DNA of 64,000 bases from Convolutriloba macropyga. Taxonomy: Eukaryota. Shown here piece by piece: positions 1 through 11,959 of this stretch. A program made the position numbers and the translations under genes. The stretch covers positions 38,874,001 through 38,938,000 of the forward strand of contig NC_134479.1 in NCBI RefSeq assembly GCF_964194025.1, read 5' to 3'. The notes under the pieces are model-generated. The model was not told the DNA's origin. It made no database searches and worked only from the letters and a program-made list of their open reading frames with translations. The stretch's first letter is position 1, and each line of letters opens with the position of its first letter.

Positions 1-462
1 GTCAGATAAAACTGAAGCTCAACAAAAAAACATTTACTTCACTAGATATGATATGGAACCAGTCCATAATTAGGCTCGCCCACAATTAGAAAAAAAGAGC
101 AAAAAACAGTAAAGATAAGAAATTCTCTTATTTTAATAAAGAATTAATATCAAAGTAATGCAAAACCATTAGAAATCAACTGAAAACATCCCAAAGGTTT
201 ATGATTACCTATGGTTTATGCTTCGATAGGAAAGCATTAGGACTGGTCTTTGTTCAATTGTTTATGTGGTTACAAAAGAACAACAAATAGGCAACAAACA
301 AGAATTCAATTAAAATTGACCAGAAAACCCTGTGGAAGCGGTAAAGCCATAATCTGCCCCTCAAATATTTTCAGTTGCCCCTTCTTCGAACACCGAAAAT
401 TGTGTATGTGACCTCTCATTGAAAAGACTGGGTAACAAGTATAAAAAACAAAAAAACTCATA
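1..462. repeat. Dispersed direct repeat, copy 1 (truncated by window start and by telomeric array); copy 2 at 1987-2473
   Basis: 1-462 aligns with high identity to 1987-2473 (gtcagataaaactgaagct...aactcata). Confidence 0.9.
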
Positions 463-492
463 TAACCCTAACCCTAACCCTAACCCTAACCC
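463..492. repeat. Interstitial telomeric repeat (TAACCC)5
   Basis: Five perfect TAACCC units read directly. Confidence 0.95.
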
Positions 493-661
493 AAAACATA
501 TCAATATCTGGTTTCACTCTTTGAGACACATTATACTCTCATTATCTGTTTCAGTGCACAAGATATAAATATTTAATGTGAGTGCTGTTAGTTGGAAAAA
601 ATTCATTGCAATAATTAAAAGAAAGAATGCGAAATATCAATAAATCGCAATCCAACAAAAA

Positions 662-1066
662 CTAACAGCCTTTCATGTAAGTGTAAGTCTGCAGGGGTTT
701 CGTAGAGCAAGTATGGATATAACAATGCAGAATATTTGCCAGAACATTGTAACCAGCTCTGGATAAATGAATTCGATCTCGAGCAAAAAATGCGTCAAAG
801 AACATCTGATCATGACAAAGAGCCGTATTTATATTGGGGCACAGAACTGATTGACCATAAAATGAGTTAAAGGGACACAGAGCTTCTCGAAGTGCAAGGT
901 TTATTGCATTAATTTTTATTGAAATGTTTAGAGGCACTATAAATTTCGTCAGCTGAAACTTTTCTAACAAAATTGAGATCAATTTTATCCATTTTTTTTG
1001 ATATCGCTCTCTATTTTGTTGCTGTCGTTGACGCCGGCCACAAGTATAACAGTGTACCCAAAACAA
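662..1066 (-). pseudogene. SGNH/GDSL hydrolase-like fragment (C-terminal half), probably transposon-derived
   Basis: ORF contains FARDRIHLSRAGYNVLA, matching SGNH block V (DxxHLxxxGY). No N-terminal GDS block is visible in frame. Confidence 0.55.
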
Positions 1067-1986
1067 AATTTTCTGACTCAGTTTTGATAATTTTTGTCCT
1101 AAATCGAGGGTTTTTAGCTCAACTTCAGTTTTTTAGGTATCATAACCATTTGCTCCTGGTTCGATGGTAGGTGTTGCACTTGCTGAAGTCATCTCACTTC
1201 CACATTCATCATCTGTTGATTGATGTACATCAAGTTTAATTGCCCTCCTCGGTCGATAATTTGCAAGATGATAAATTATTTTGTTTAATAATAACTTCAA
1301 AGAATGTGTCTAAGCAATTTTGGTAATGTTTTAGGCTTAGAAAGCTCCTGAGGCATTGTGCATTTAACATTTTATTTCGAGGTCAAAGAGAGCGACTGTT
1401 TCACAGCGTCTCTTTCGTGATTAATTGTTCCGTGGTTAAAAAGTGATTAATAGAAGATGGCAGCTTATCAGAGCTCTGAAGTCAGATAACTGGAGAATTA
1501 ATAGACTGTGTTCTGGTTAAAGATTAGGACAAGCAATGAGTAAGCAAGGTTTCTTTGCTCACTACCGCTATGGTAGGGAGAAATTGTTGCCACCATTTTT
1601 GTTGTCAGGGTCGTGACAAAAAGAAATGGAAAAAACAATTACAAACATGCATGTAATATGGAGGCTCGGTAATTAATGTGCGATCGCACATAAGGTTCCG
1701 ACACTGTTCATTAACAATTTCTGCATAAATGTCTACCAAATGAGGAAAAGATAGAAAATCTCAATTTCAAGCATTTTTTCAAATAAAATTTGTGTAGGAA
1801 CAAAAAGATAGCCTCCAAAGGAAATAACTAAGTGGAGTAAAAAATGACGCAGTAGATTGATGAGGTCTGCCATTATTAAGCAAGCGAGTCAAGGTGAACA
1901 GCAAAATCAAACAACAACAACAAACATAAATTACATTCAAAACCTTATGTTCATTAAAAAAAACTTAGTAACAAAGTCAAAATGGT

Positions 1987-2473
1987 GTCAGATAAAACTG
2001 AAGCTAAACAAATTAACATGTACTTCACTAGAAATGATATGGAACCAGTCCATAATAAGGCTCGGCCACAATTAGACAAAAAGAGCAAATAATAGTAAAG
2101 ATAAGAAATTCTCTTATTTTTATAAACAATTAATGTCAAAGTAATGCAAAACCATTAGAAACCAACTGAAAACATCCCAAAGGTTTATGATTACCTATGG
2201 TTTATGCTTCTATAGGAAAGCATTAAGACCTTTAATTATTCAATTTTTTATGCGGTTACAAAAGAACGACAAATAGGCAACAAACGAGAATTCAATTAAA
2301 ATTTACCAGAAAACGCTGTGGAAGCCTTAAAGCCATAATCTGCCCCTCAAATATGTTCGCCCCTTCTTGCCCCTTCTTCCCCTTCTTCTGCCCCTTCTTC
2401 GAACACCCAAAATTGTGTATGTAACCTCTCATTTATAAGACTGGATAAAAAGTATAAAAAACAAAACAACTCA
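1987..2473. repeat. Dispersed direct repeat, copy 2
   Basis: Aligns with 1-462 and has an extra cccttctt micro-expansion at ~2360-2400. Confidence 0.9.
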
Positions 2474-3174
2474 TAAAAGCCATCAGCTACGAAATGAAAT
2501 AATTAAATAGCTTCATTTAATTGTCCAAAGGAAGCCCTTGAGACTGTAATATGTATTACGTTTACAAAGGAACGTCAAATTTGACAAAAATCAAAAAATT
2601 ATTATACTTTTTTGGGAAAAACCTGTGTCGAAGCCACTAAAGTCATAACGAGTCCTTTTAAAACATTGGATTTCGTGACAACAAACCCTTGTGACACCTT
2701 CACTTCACACCAATGGTGTCATAGTTGACATGGAATTAACGAGACTAGGTAACAAAGAGTCAATAGTCAATAATGGAACAACATTTCGAAGTTAAAAAAA
2801 AGATTTTTTTTTATTTTTGAAAAGAATTGTTTTCAAAGTCACGAAAGCCATCAGCTATCTACTAAAATCAAAAAATCGGCTCATCTATTCTTCAACAAAA
2901 AGTTTCAACCAATGAAACCTGTTATTATGAAAGCCAGAAAAACCATAAATTAAATGTTAAAACCACAAAAAAAATAAATTTTAATTCAATAGAAAGCTGA
3001 AGCATTCTTCCTTTACTGACACTGAGCTATTTGTTGACGAAATTAAGAAAAAAATAGAGGCAAAGTTCAATAAGCCGTCGTTTTTATAAACAGAAAATAT
3101 TTTTGAAAGTCAAAACCTTCATAAGCTTTCATGAAAAAAATTTAATAAAATAATTTGGAGCTGCTTAGGAAGCC

Positions 3175-3572
3175 AATTGGACCTATGACCAGTGAGTTCT
3201 GATTTGAAATGTTCTGTTTTTTAATTAATATAAAAAGGATCGATTTTTTTTGAAAAAAAACCGACTAATTACAATCCGAATATTTTGGATTGAAACAGTC
3301 TAAAGATTGGTCCAAAACTAGCCCTGCTAACGCTTTTCATCCATTAGAACACTTAATTGTTGCGAGTGTTCTTAATTGGAGCCATTAACAGTGAGCTTTG
3401 ATTTGAATAGTTCTGTTCTTTAATTAACATTAAAAGGACCTAAATTTTTTTTTAAAAAAAGACCCACTGATTAAAATCCAAATTATTCTTGGATTGTAGT
3501 GGTCCAAGAGTGGACCAGCCCTCTTATTGCTGTTCGCGAATCAAGAACACACACTCCTTTGCTTCGAGTGTT
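3175..3572. repeat. Degenerate ~200 bp tandem duplication
   Basis: aattgga...cagtgag..tgatttgaa..gttctgtt..ttaattaa...cgagtgtt occurs at 3175-3372 and again at 3374-3572. Confidence 0.75.
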
Positions 3573-4314
3573 ATATATCTAGATAATTCGTTAGTTAAAA
3601 AATTAAAAATTTATGCTGCGTTTTTATAATCAACGAGTATAGTTAGCAAAAAACGGCCAAAATTTTAATTATAGAGCACTCGCAATAAAATTGGAAGCAG
3701 GACTAGCCCACTTTTGAGTGTAGAAAGATTTTCTTAGTGGTTTGCACTTCCAGTAAATTTAATCAAAGTGGACTAAAGCAGCTTAGTTCGTTTCAATTTT
3801 TGATGAAAAAGGCTGAATTTTGAACTATTTAGTCAAAGTTTTTGCCAAAAAAATTAAATTAAAATAATCAAGAATACTTTTTTGATAATCAAGAATCAAC
3901 AACAAAATTTTTATAACTTTTAAACTAATTTCAGCAAACTTGACGAAATCGTAGGGAAAATATGAATAGAAATAAGGCAAATTGGTCTAATTTTCACAAA
4001 AATTTAAACATCGATAACTCACTCTAGAAGACGAAATTCAAGAAAATCTTTTAATTCCACATTCTACGCTGGATGTGCTTTTTAATGATACCATGCACAA
4101 CTCTGTAAGATGAATATATCGTTCGGTCAAAATTGACTGAACAAAAAACCATTTGTGTATATAGTTCCTCGCCCCTCAAGAGGGCTCAGAACAATCAAAT
4201 GATTGAAAATGGATCGATAGATACAGAAAGTTGGTTATAATCCAGAGTGTATGTCCACCAAGTATTCAGAAAGAAATGGATCCAGCAACTACAAAAAAAA
4301 ATGATTCCGTAAAC

Positions 4315-4504
4315 NNNNNNNNNNNNNNNNNNNNNNNNNNNNNNNNNNNNNNNNNNNNNNNNNNNNNNNNNNNNNNNNNNNNNNNNNNNNNNNNNNNNNN
4401 NNNNNNNNNNNNNNNNNNNNNNNNNNNNNNNNNNNNNNNNNNNNNNNNNNNNNNNNNNNNNNNNNNNNNNNNNNNNNNNNNNNNNNNNNNNNNNNNNNNN
4501 NNNN
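4315..4504. other. Assembly gap (N run)
   Basis: Run of n. Confidence 1.
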
Positions 4505-5088
4505 TTACAACCAGCTTGGTAGTCCCCAGATTAGGGGAGAAGTCAAGTTTCAATAATTAAAATTAAAGTTGAGACAAAGAATTATTGAATCGGGCTACTT
4601 TATTAAAATAATTATCTTCAGAACGTTTCCGAAATGTTTTTCTGGCTTCAATTAAAAACTTTTCTTTTGATCAGGTTTTTGGACAACCAAAAGTTATTGA
4701 CCAGTGGCTCATAACTGTCCTACAATTTGGGGGTCGCTAAGGTTGTCCCTTCCAATCATTTCGATATGTGAACTTATTTGCCAGTTAATAATAAATAATA
4801 ATAAATTGTTCATTTTCTGTTATCGAGCAAAACAAAAGAAGTTTATTTTACTGTGCACAAAATATATGTACAATGAAGTTCAACAGAATAAGAGCACACC
4901 ATTAGATCATCAGTTGATCCGTTTTCAGGTGCCTCACAATATAGGAATATCAAAGAACTGTTGATTAAGAACCGAAAGAAAATTACTATAGTAATTGAAC
5001 TAAATCATGGTTGGTTAAAACAAAAAGAAATTTTAAAAAAATATAAATAAACCGATAATTGAGTGCAGGGGGCTACAATTAGACGTAC

Positions 5089-7984
5089 TCAAAAAAAATA
5101 ACTTGAGAAGTCTTGGTTGTCAATTATGTAATTTCTTAAAAACATATGGCAAAAATGTTTTATTTTTTGATTTGTCATTTTTAAAACCGTATTTACAAAG
5201 GAAGGTTCCAGAAAAACCAACAAATTCAACATTTTTCGGACCTTAAACCTCAATCGGTTTGTCACATTTTTTCGATCACCGCAATCAAGACACATTGTTG
5301 TTTTTCTTTTTTTTTACTCTGTTTAATTCGTTATCATTCAAGTAAGATTTGACGTGACTAACAACACATTCGTCTCTTAGCATTTTTATTAACAGTTTAA
5401 GTACTTCGTACAAGTGTAGTTCTTTTGCTAAAAACAGTTTAAATTTTCTCCTTAGATCACTCACTGAGTTGAACTTTCTTTTATTGAAAATTATCCTAAT
5501 GAGTTTTTTTAATTTTGAGTCTATCAATGAAATATCTGACAAAACAGAATTTCCATAAATCAGTATACCATATTGCACTACCGGCTCAACATAACTTTTA
5601 AAAACCTGAATCATTTGACTTTTACTAAGAAATTTTCTCAGTCTATAGAACAGTCCAATGAACTTTATTAATTTTTGGTTAACCACATCAATATGATTTT
5701 TGAAAGACAATTTATTATCTATTATTATTCCAAGATAACGTATTGAGTCAACGTTTTCAATTCTCTCTTTATCGATGTTAATCTGTTCTTTTTTGGAGTA
5801 AGTTTTAATTTTCCCAAAAAACATTGATTTTGTTTTTTCAGTATTGATTGTCAATTTATTATTAGTTAACCACTGATTACATTTTTGTAATTGAGTTTTG
5901 TGTTTCATCACAACCTCTTCGGCGGTGGCTGAAGTTTCAATAACTGTGTCATCTGCAAAAAGTATGATATTAGATTCAAGATTAGTTAAATTGTCAACAT
6001 CTTGCGTATTGCTCAAATCATTCACGTATATTATGAAAAGCAGAGGACCGAGAACCGATCCCTGGGGAACTCCAATATCAACAAAAGCAGTACTTGAAAC
6101 AACTTCTGCAATTTGAACAAGCTGAGAGCGGTTAGTTAGGTATGATTTAAGTATATTGAAAACATGACCTCTCAAACCAATATTACAACATTTGTCTAAT
6201 AGTATTGTATGGTCTACCGTATCAAAAGCTTTTTTGAGATCCAGGAATGTGCAAACAGACATAACGGATTTCTCAGATAATTTTTGTCGCAAGAGTTCAA
6301 TCAGAACCAAAACAGCGTCAACTGTACTTCTTTTGGCTCTGAAACCAAACTGGGAGCTTGAGAGCAGATTAAATTTCACTAAAAAAGAGATAATTCTTCC
6401 CTGAAGTAATTTCTCGAAGATCTTTGCTATCGTTGGTAATAAGGAAATAGGCCTAAAATTTGATGGCATACTCTTATCTCCAGATTTGTGAAGTGGGAAA
6501 ACTTTTGCAATTTTCAGACAATCAGGGAACACGCCAAGATTGAAACATTCATTGAGCCATTTTGAGAGAAAAGGACTCAGGACATTAGAAAATTACTTGA
6601 TGCAGTAGTAATTGAGGTCATAACAGTCCTCACTGTACTTATTCGGAGCATTATTAATGATATCAAAAACTTCCTTGTCTGTAATATCGGCAAGAAACAT
6701 AGATTGTTCTGCTTTATCGGTTGTTTTTAGAAACAATTTCGTTGGTAAATGTGTGTTCATTTTCCTTCCGATTAATGTAAAAAAATCATTTATATGGTTG
6801 ACTTCATCTTGAGATGGTATTTTTCCACTATTTTCAATTTTTTGCCTGTTATGTCACCATAAACTTTCAAAAAAGTTTTGGTTTGTGTTTGCTGCACCTT
6901 TTTCAATTTGATTTTGATAAAAAGTCTTCATTTTGTTTTTTATCAAAGTTTTTACCTTCCTGCACTGTTGTTTGTATTCGTTATTGGCCGATATTGATTG
7001 AGATTTGAGTGCATTCTTCCACAACCTTTTTTTCTTTGCGGCAGCGTTTTTGACTTCGTTGTCAATCCAGATCTTTTGCACATGTTTTCTTGTTGTCTTA
7101 GGTAAATAGTGATCTAATGCTTCTTGCACAGTTCTTTGTGAACATTTGAATTTATCATTAATTTCTTTTTCGGTAGAATCAATTTGTTTTAATCGCTGCC
7201 ACAGAACGAAACTAATTTTTTCCTGAAGAAGAGGATTTTCAAGTTTTGCCCAATTTCTCGATTGAAAAAAATTATTTTCTGTTTCTAAGTTGGTTTTAAT
7301 CTTCAATTTAAATAAAAGTGAATAGTGATCAGTTATTTTTGTTCTTTGGCTGGTAACCTCTGATTCAAAATTTGTAAAGAACAGGTCAATATAAGAACTT
7401 GAATTTTTTGTTTCGCGTGTAATGAGGTTCTCACTTATCAATTTTAGGTCAAATGTTTGGGTCAATTCCCTTAAATATGATTGTTTGTTCCCTTTAGATA
7501 GAAAATTTACATTAAAGGCACCGCACAGCACATGCAGGCTTTGCGGATCGCTAATATGTTGTTCCAAGTAGGTACTAAGAACGTCAAAAGTAGCAATCGT
7601 GGTGGCATTAGGTGGTATATAAACACAAGTCATTGATAACTTTTTTGTTCCAATACTGAAGTAAACACTAACCGCCTGTATATTATTCAGGTTTAGAGAC
7701 CCGCGTATTTTAACATTAAATTTATTTTGTACAAAAATTGCAACACCTCCACCTCTTTTTTCCCTATTGCTTGTAACCAGTTCATCATAACCATCTTTGT
7801 GAAAAATATTTGATGAGAACTTATCTTTAAGCCATGTCTCTGTTAGGCAGATTGCTATAGGTTTTTCTTTCAGAGACGCAATTTCCAAAGTGAGTTCATC
7901 AAAGTTTCTTGTTAGTGAACGTATGTTCTGTAGCATGATAACCTGCTTGGTTTCGCCCAGTAACATTTTGTCTATGACGACCAT
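5089..7984 (-). pseudogene. LINE ORF2 (apurinic endonuclease + reverse transcriptase), inactivated
   Basis: APE motifs NIRSL, CLTETWL, GAFN (degenerate GDFN), IDLFF, TDHY. RT motifs FRPISLLP, QFGFR, FLDLKKAFDTVDH, GVPQGSVLGPLLF, LFADDT. Track ORFs 6854-7999 and 5285-6532 are one frame broken by TGA at 6856-6854 and TAA at 6595-6593. A frameshift in the A-run at ~5301-5315 continues into ORF 5089-5295. Confidence 0.92.
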
Positions 7985-8728
7985 GAGAGAATAGTTCAAC
8001 TACACAATCTGAGCAATCAACTTTGACTAATGAAATCATTAGCAATTTGAGATAAAAAAAATAATAAAAAAAATGTATTTGAAAAAAAAAATAAAAAAAA
8101 AGTTCATGTTTTGTTTTCAAGCATTTTGAAAAATTTGAAGCAAAGAATGTTAAAATTTAACTTAGAGGACGTCCAGTGACATTTTTTCCTTCTTTTTTTT
8201 CATTTTTTTAAAAAAATTGCACTCCATTATGTAAGAATGACTTTGATCACTGGGTGAAAGTTTGTTTATTTTAGGTGCTATCTTTAATATGCAGTATAAA
8301 TAATAATGTTCCGCGGAACTATTTTTCATCTCAATACTTTTGTTTCAGACTAGATGACTGCGGAAATCACAGTCAGCTTGAAACTTGCTCGCGGAAATCA
8401 CGAGCAGAGTATCAAAATGAATTTTTTTCTTTCTTTTTTTTTCTTGTTTATGTTATACTTCTTCCCCCATTTTGTTTCTTCATGAAGCAAAGTTTCAAAA
8501 AAAACAAGAAAAGCTTAAGAAGGAACGATTCACCAAATATAGTGCATTTCCCCCTATTATTTTGTTGGCAGGAAACAGCTCTCAGTTATTCCCAATACAT
8601 CAACAAAGTATAACATTTGTTTTAACAATGATTATAACAAGTTAGCAAGTAAATACGAAACAAAAAAAATAATTGAGTTCATGTTCAAATATCAGTTATA
8701 ATCTAGTCTTGCGCCAGACCGTTTCTTT

Positions 8729-9526
8729 TTAGTTTTGCGATTGTTTGTTTTGTTTCTTTGCAGCAGGGCAAAATTCGTCTTCGTCGTCACAATTGTTTCT
8801 TTTTCGTTTGATAACGTTAAGATTATCTAACTCGTCAATTTCCGTAACTCTGACAAATTCGTTTTTTCCTCTACCATTGTCTACTAACACTGAAACCACG
8901 CAGTTGTTTGTGCTGGTTATTAAGTCGCGTCGTTTAGCTTCGGCATTGATAGCTGCCTCGCATTCCGGTAAGGGCTCGTTCAAATAGATATTTTTGCTAT
9001 TTGTTTGATTTTTTTTGTTTCTCAGTGCTCTGCGTTTTTTGTAGATCATTGTTCTGTCCTCAAAATACAGAAACTTGCATATGACAGTCGGCATTATGTT
9101 GTTAACAGTACTTGGCACAACATGGCATGCTTTAATAGCATCGTATTGAATTTTCACACCCAGATAATTTTGAAAAAATTTGAGCGTTTCGCTGGTAACG
9201 TTCTGAACCCTGTTAGCATCGAAGGGAGGGTTAACTATCAGTAAACTGTCCTTCCTAGAGTACCTCTTCTGTGCACGTAAGCAATTATTTATGTTTTGCT
9301 GTTGGTTTTTTAAATTAGCAATAATTTTTTCTTGTTGTCCGACTCGGATTTTTAGATCCCTAACTTCATTGGACAGACTTCTTACCTCTTCTTCGGCATT
9401 ACTAACGACATTTGCAGAACCTGCAGAAGGACTCGTTCCAGAGCACTCCATTACACAACTCGATCCAGTACACAACTCACAGTATAAGAAACTAAGTAAT
9501 ATAATGATAAGTAAAAAAAAACTCAA
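8729..9526 (-). CDS. LINE ORF1 (coiled coil + RRM, L1-ORF1/Transposase_22-like)
   Basis: Heptad-like EEEVRSLSNEVRDLKIRV, then RYSRKDSLLIVNPP, IKACHVV, PTVICKF and NIYLNEPL, the typical type-II ORF1 layout. It lies upstream of ORF2. The true start is probably the internal ATG (MECSG). Confidence 0.8.
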   Translation of the reverse strand: MSFFLLIIILLSFLYCELCTGSSCVMECSGTSPSAGSANVVSNAEEEVRSLSNEVRDLKIRVGQQEKIIANLKNQQQNINNCLRAQKRYSRKDSLLIVNPPFDANRVQNVTSETLKFFQNYLGVKIQYDAIKACHVVPSTVNNIMPTVICKFLYFEDRTMIYKKRRALRNKKNQTNSKNIYLNEPLPECEAAINAEAKRRDLITSTNNCVVSVLVDNGRGKNEFVRVTEIDELDNLNVIKRKRNNCDDEDEFCPAAKKQNKQSQN

Positions 9527-9646
9527 AGTAAATTTGAAATAAGCTCAATTGTCAAGTCAAAAATCAATCTCGGATGAAACTCAGATTGCGCAGTTTAGAA
9601 CGTTTCAAAAAGTCATTCTTCTAAAGGTCAACCGACTGTTCACTTC

Positions 9647-9740
9647 GAACACTTTCTCTCTTTTGAGAACACTTTCTCTCTTTTGAAAGTTACAATTTCT
9701 CTTTTGAGAACACTTTCTCTCTTTTGAAAATTACAATTTC
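9647..9740. repeat. Minisatellite of 20/21-bp units in order A-A-B-A-B(partial)
   Basis: A=gaacactttctctcttttga (9647, 9667, 9708); B=aa(g/a)ttacaatttc(tcttttga) (9687, 9728). Confidence 0.9.
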
Positions 9741-11240
9741 AGTTGTAATTCAACTCCAATCCAGACAAACTGTGGAGGAAATTTCAGTCCAACAGTGGTG
9801 GATACTGTGGACGGCTGCGGGATTCCAGGAACAGTCCATGAAAAATAAGAATCGCGTGAATCCATCTTGCAACAACATCGCATAAGTTTTCAAATCTACA
9901 TCACAAATTGGGAAAAATAGAACACAAATAGCCACATAATGCCCTAGTCGTGTTTCGCAAAAGGCCCCTGCGGCAAAATTGTAACTTTCTCGCAGGAAAC
10001 ACTTCTAACGATCTGAGCACAGAAAAATCAATTTGAGAAGATTGACGAAATTGTCCATAAATTATCCCGTTACCGACGTTGCACGCCCGTTGTATTTGCT
10101 AAAACAAAATCAGCTTCTCGAAGCCAATGGAAGAAAAAACGTACTGCCCTCATAAAGGACGCCATTGCTAACGACAAAATGCAAATTTAAATGTAAGAAA
10201 CCAAAACTTCAAAAAAGAGACACTCCTCGCGTTATTTGAAGATTCACGTAAAGTTGTTGGACTGACATAACAAGATTTTCGTAACTCTTTTTGCATGCGG
10301 TACTATTTAAAGCAAAAACTAAATCCATCGATTGTCATTGCGGGAGAAAATTTGCGGGAGACACCACCGCATTCAGTGCAATGTGTAAGAGGCGTACGGT
10401 AAACGAGACTTCAAACTCTGTCACAAAATTAATGCATGGCGTACGATATGAGCCATCGCTTCAGTTGTCTGAAGTTGAAAACTTAACAAAAAATCACCAA
10501 CAGAAACGCTCGTTTGACATGGAAGCAAATGGCTCATGGGGGTTCAAATTTGGCTGACATTTTTTGTTGAATCATGATCAAATGATGCCAAAGTACCCTA
10601 CAAAGATAACGAGGACTTGAAAAAGGCCAACTAAAATAACAACAATAAGTATTGACAGAAAAGAAACCTATAAGTGCGGGACAGTCCGCGACAAGAAATA
10701 TTAGGCAGCTAGCCAGACCATTTTCATTAAAGAAGGGCAACAATTTCCTGGACGCGAAGAAAATTAAAACGCACTAAGGTAAGTTTTGGAATCTTACGCA
10801 TCCCAATTATCTGTCTCCGGGGCTTCTATGTTTCCAAAAAAGGGTGATTGGAATTTATAAAACAAGTTCGGTCTTTTGGCAGGTCGGGATAACGCCTGGA
10901 CACCTGTTTAGAGTTGTATTTTTACAGTTTTATATATCTTGCTGTGATAGTTGATGATTAAGGCTAGTTTATCTGTCCATTGGCTGTAGCATACACTATT
11001 TTACGTCGTTTAGTCATTTCAGATACAGAAACTAAATTATATGGATCGCTTTTTATAGCTGGGCACTTCAGGAAGCTAGCAAAGCCGACGATGGAAGGGA
11101 ACTTGAAATCGGTAAAAATAGAGGAAAGCACAATGAACTATATGAACCGATATGCTCATTGTATTGTAGGCGTCATCACTACGATCGAACTATAATACTC
11201 AATGTCGGTAGTTTTCACAGTCTCATAAAACGCAGAGAAA

Positions 11241-11917
11241 TCATATCAAACAACAAAGCTAAAATTAGGAATGAATCGATATATCTTTAGACAAGACAAA
11301 CCTTTACGTGACAACGCTTTCTATGTGAAAACACTATATAATTCATAGCTGCCTGTGTTTGTCAAAAAACTTCTGACGTACGGACAAAAGCGCAAAGTTC
11401 AGTATAAGGTGAAATTAATGAAATCCATTTTATAACTAATATTGACAAGTTTGGGAGAATTTTAAGTGAAAAACGTGAGGAAGAATCTGTGAGAATCTGG
11501 AAGACGGCAGCACAACGGTATAAAAGGATCTTAAGAGGGAATCAGGTCAATTGCTGTTCAGATCAATCGCTAAACTGGCAAAAACATCAAAAACATAACA
11601 AGCTTTTGGCGGCACCATATCATAAACGGAATGGTTTTGGTGAATTAAAAAAAATGGGTACAAAGAAAAATTAAACGATATCTTTAGCTGTGATAGAAAA
11701 TTGTATTGACTCAATCGTGCTTAAAATAGAAAAAGATATCGACGGTAGTTTTGTATATCATATCAAACAACAAAGCAAAAATGAGGAATAAATCGAAAAA
11801 TCTATAGACAAGAAAAACGTTTACGTGACAACACTTTCTATTTTGAAACACTAGAAATTTCAGAGCTTCCAGTGTTTGTCAAAATACTTCTATCGTACAG
11901 ACAAAAGCGAAAAATTC
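11241..11917. repeat. ~160 bp diverged direct repeat (11241-11400 / 11758-11917)
   Basis: tcatatcaaacaacaaagc...tttacgtgacaac...tgtttgtcaaaa...cgtac.gacaaaagcg occurs twice. Confidence 0.85.
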
Positions 11918-11959
11918 AATGAAGACACGTTGAAGAAATTTTTTTGGATTGAGCGTTCA

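Larger units (their letters stand above)
4787..9640 (-). mobile_element. Near full-length non-LTR retrotransposon, CR1/L2 group (Crack/Daphne-like), ORF1 + APE-RT ORF2
   Basis: ORF1 9526-8729 and ORF2 7984-5089. Minus-strand AATAAA at 4847-4842 and an (ATT)n-like tail at 4803-4787. The 5' boundary is approximate and no TSD was found. Confidence 0.88.

Noticed and set aside
4231-4560. ORFs spanning N runs (also 15660-15948)
   Set aside because: Open only because of assembly gaps.
9630-9640. AGTCGGTT shared by this LINE's 5' end and positions ~29900/16877 as a common LINE start motif
   Set aside because: The latter sites lie inside a longer homologous block that looks like decayed RT coding sequence, so they are not element termini.
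9647-9740. CRISPR-like short repeats
   Set aside because: Units are contiguous with no unique spacers, there are no cas genes, and the context is eukaryotic.
10290-10570. Upstream Penelope RT motifs (SFDME..., MG..NLADIF)
   Set aside because: Suggestive but too short and degenerate to annotate.
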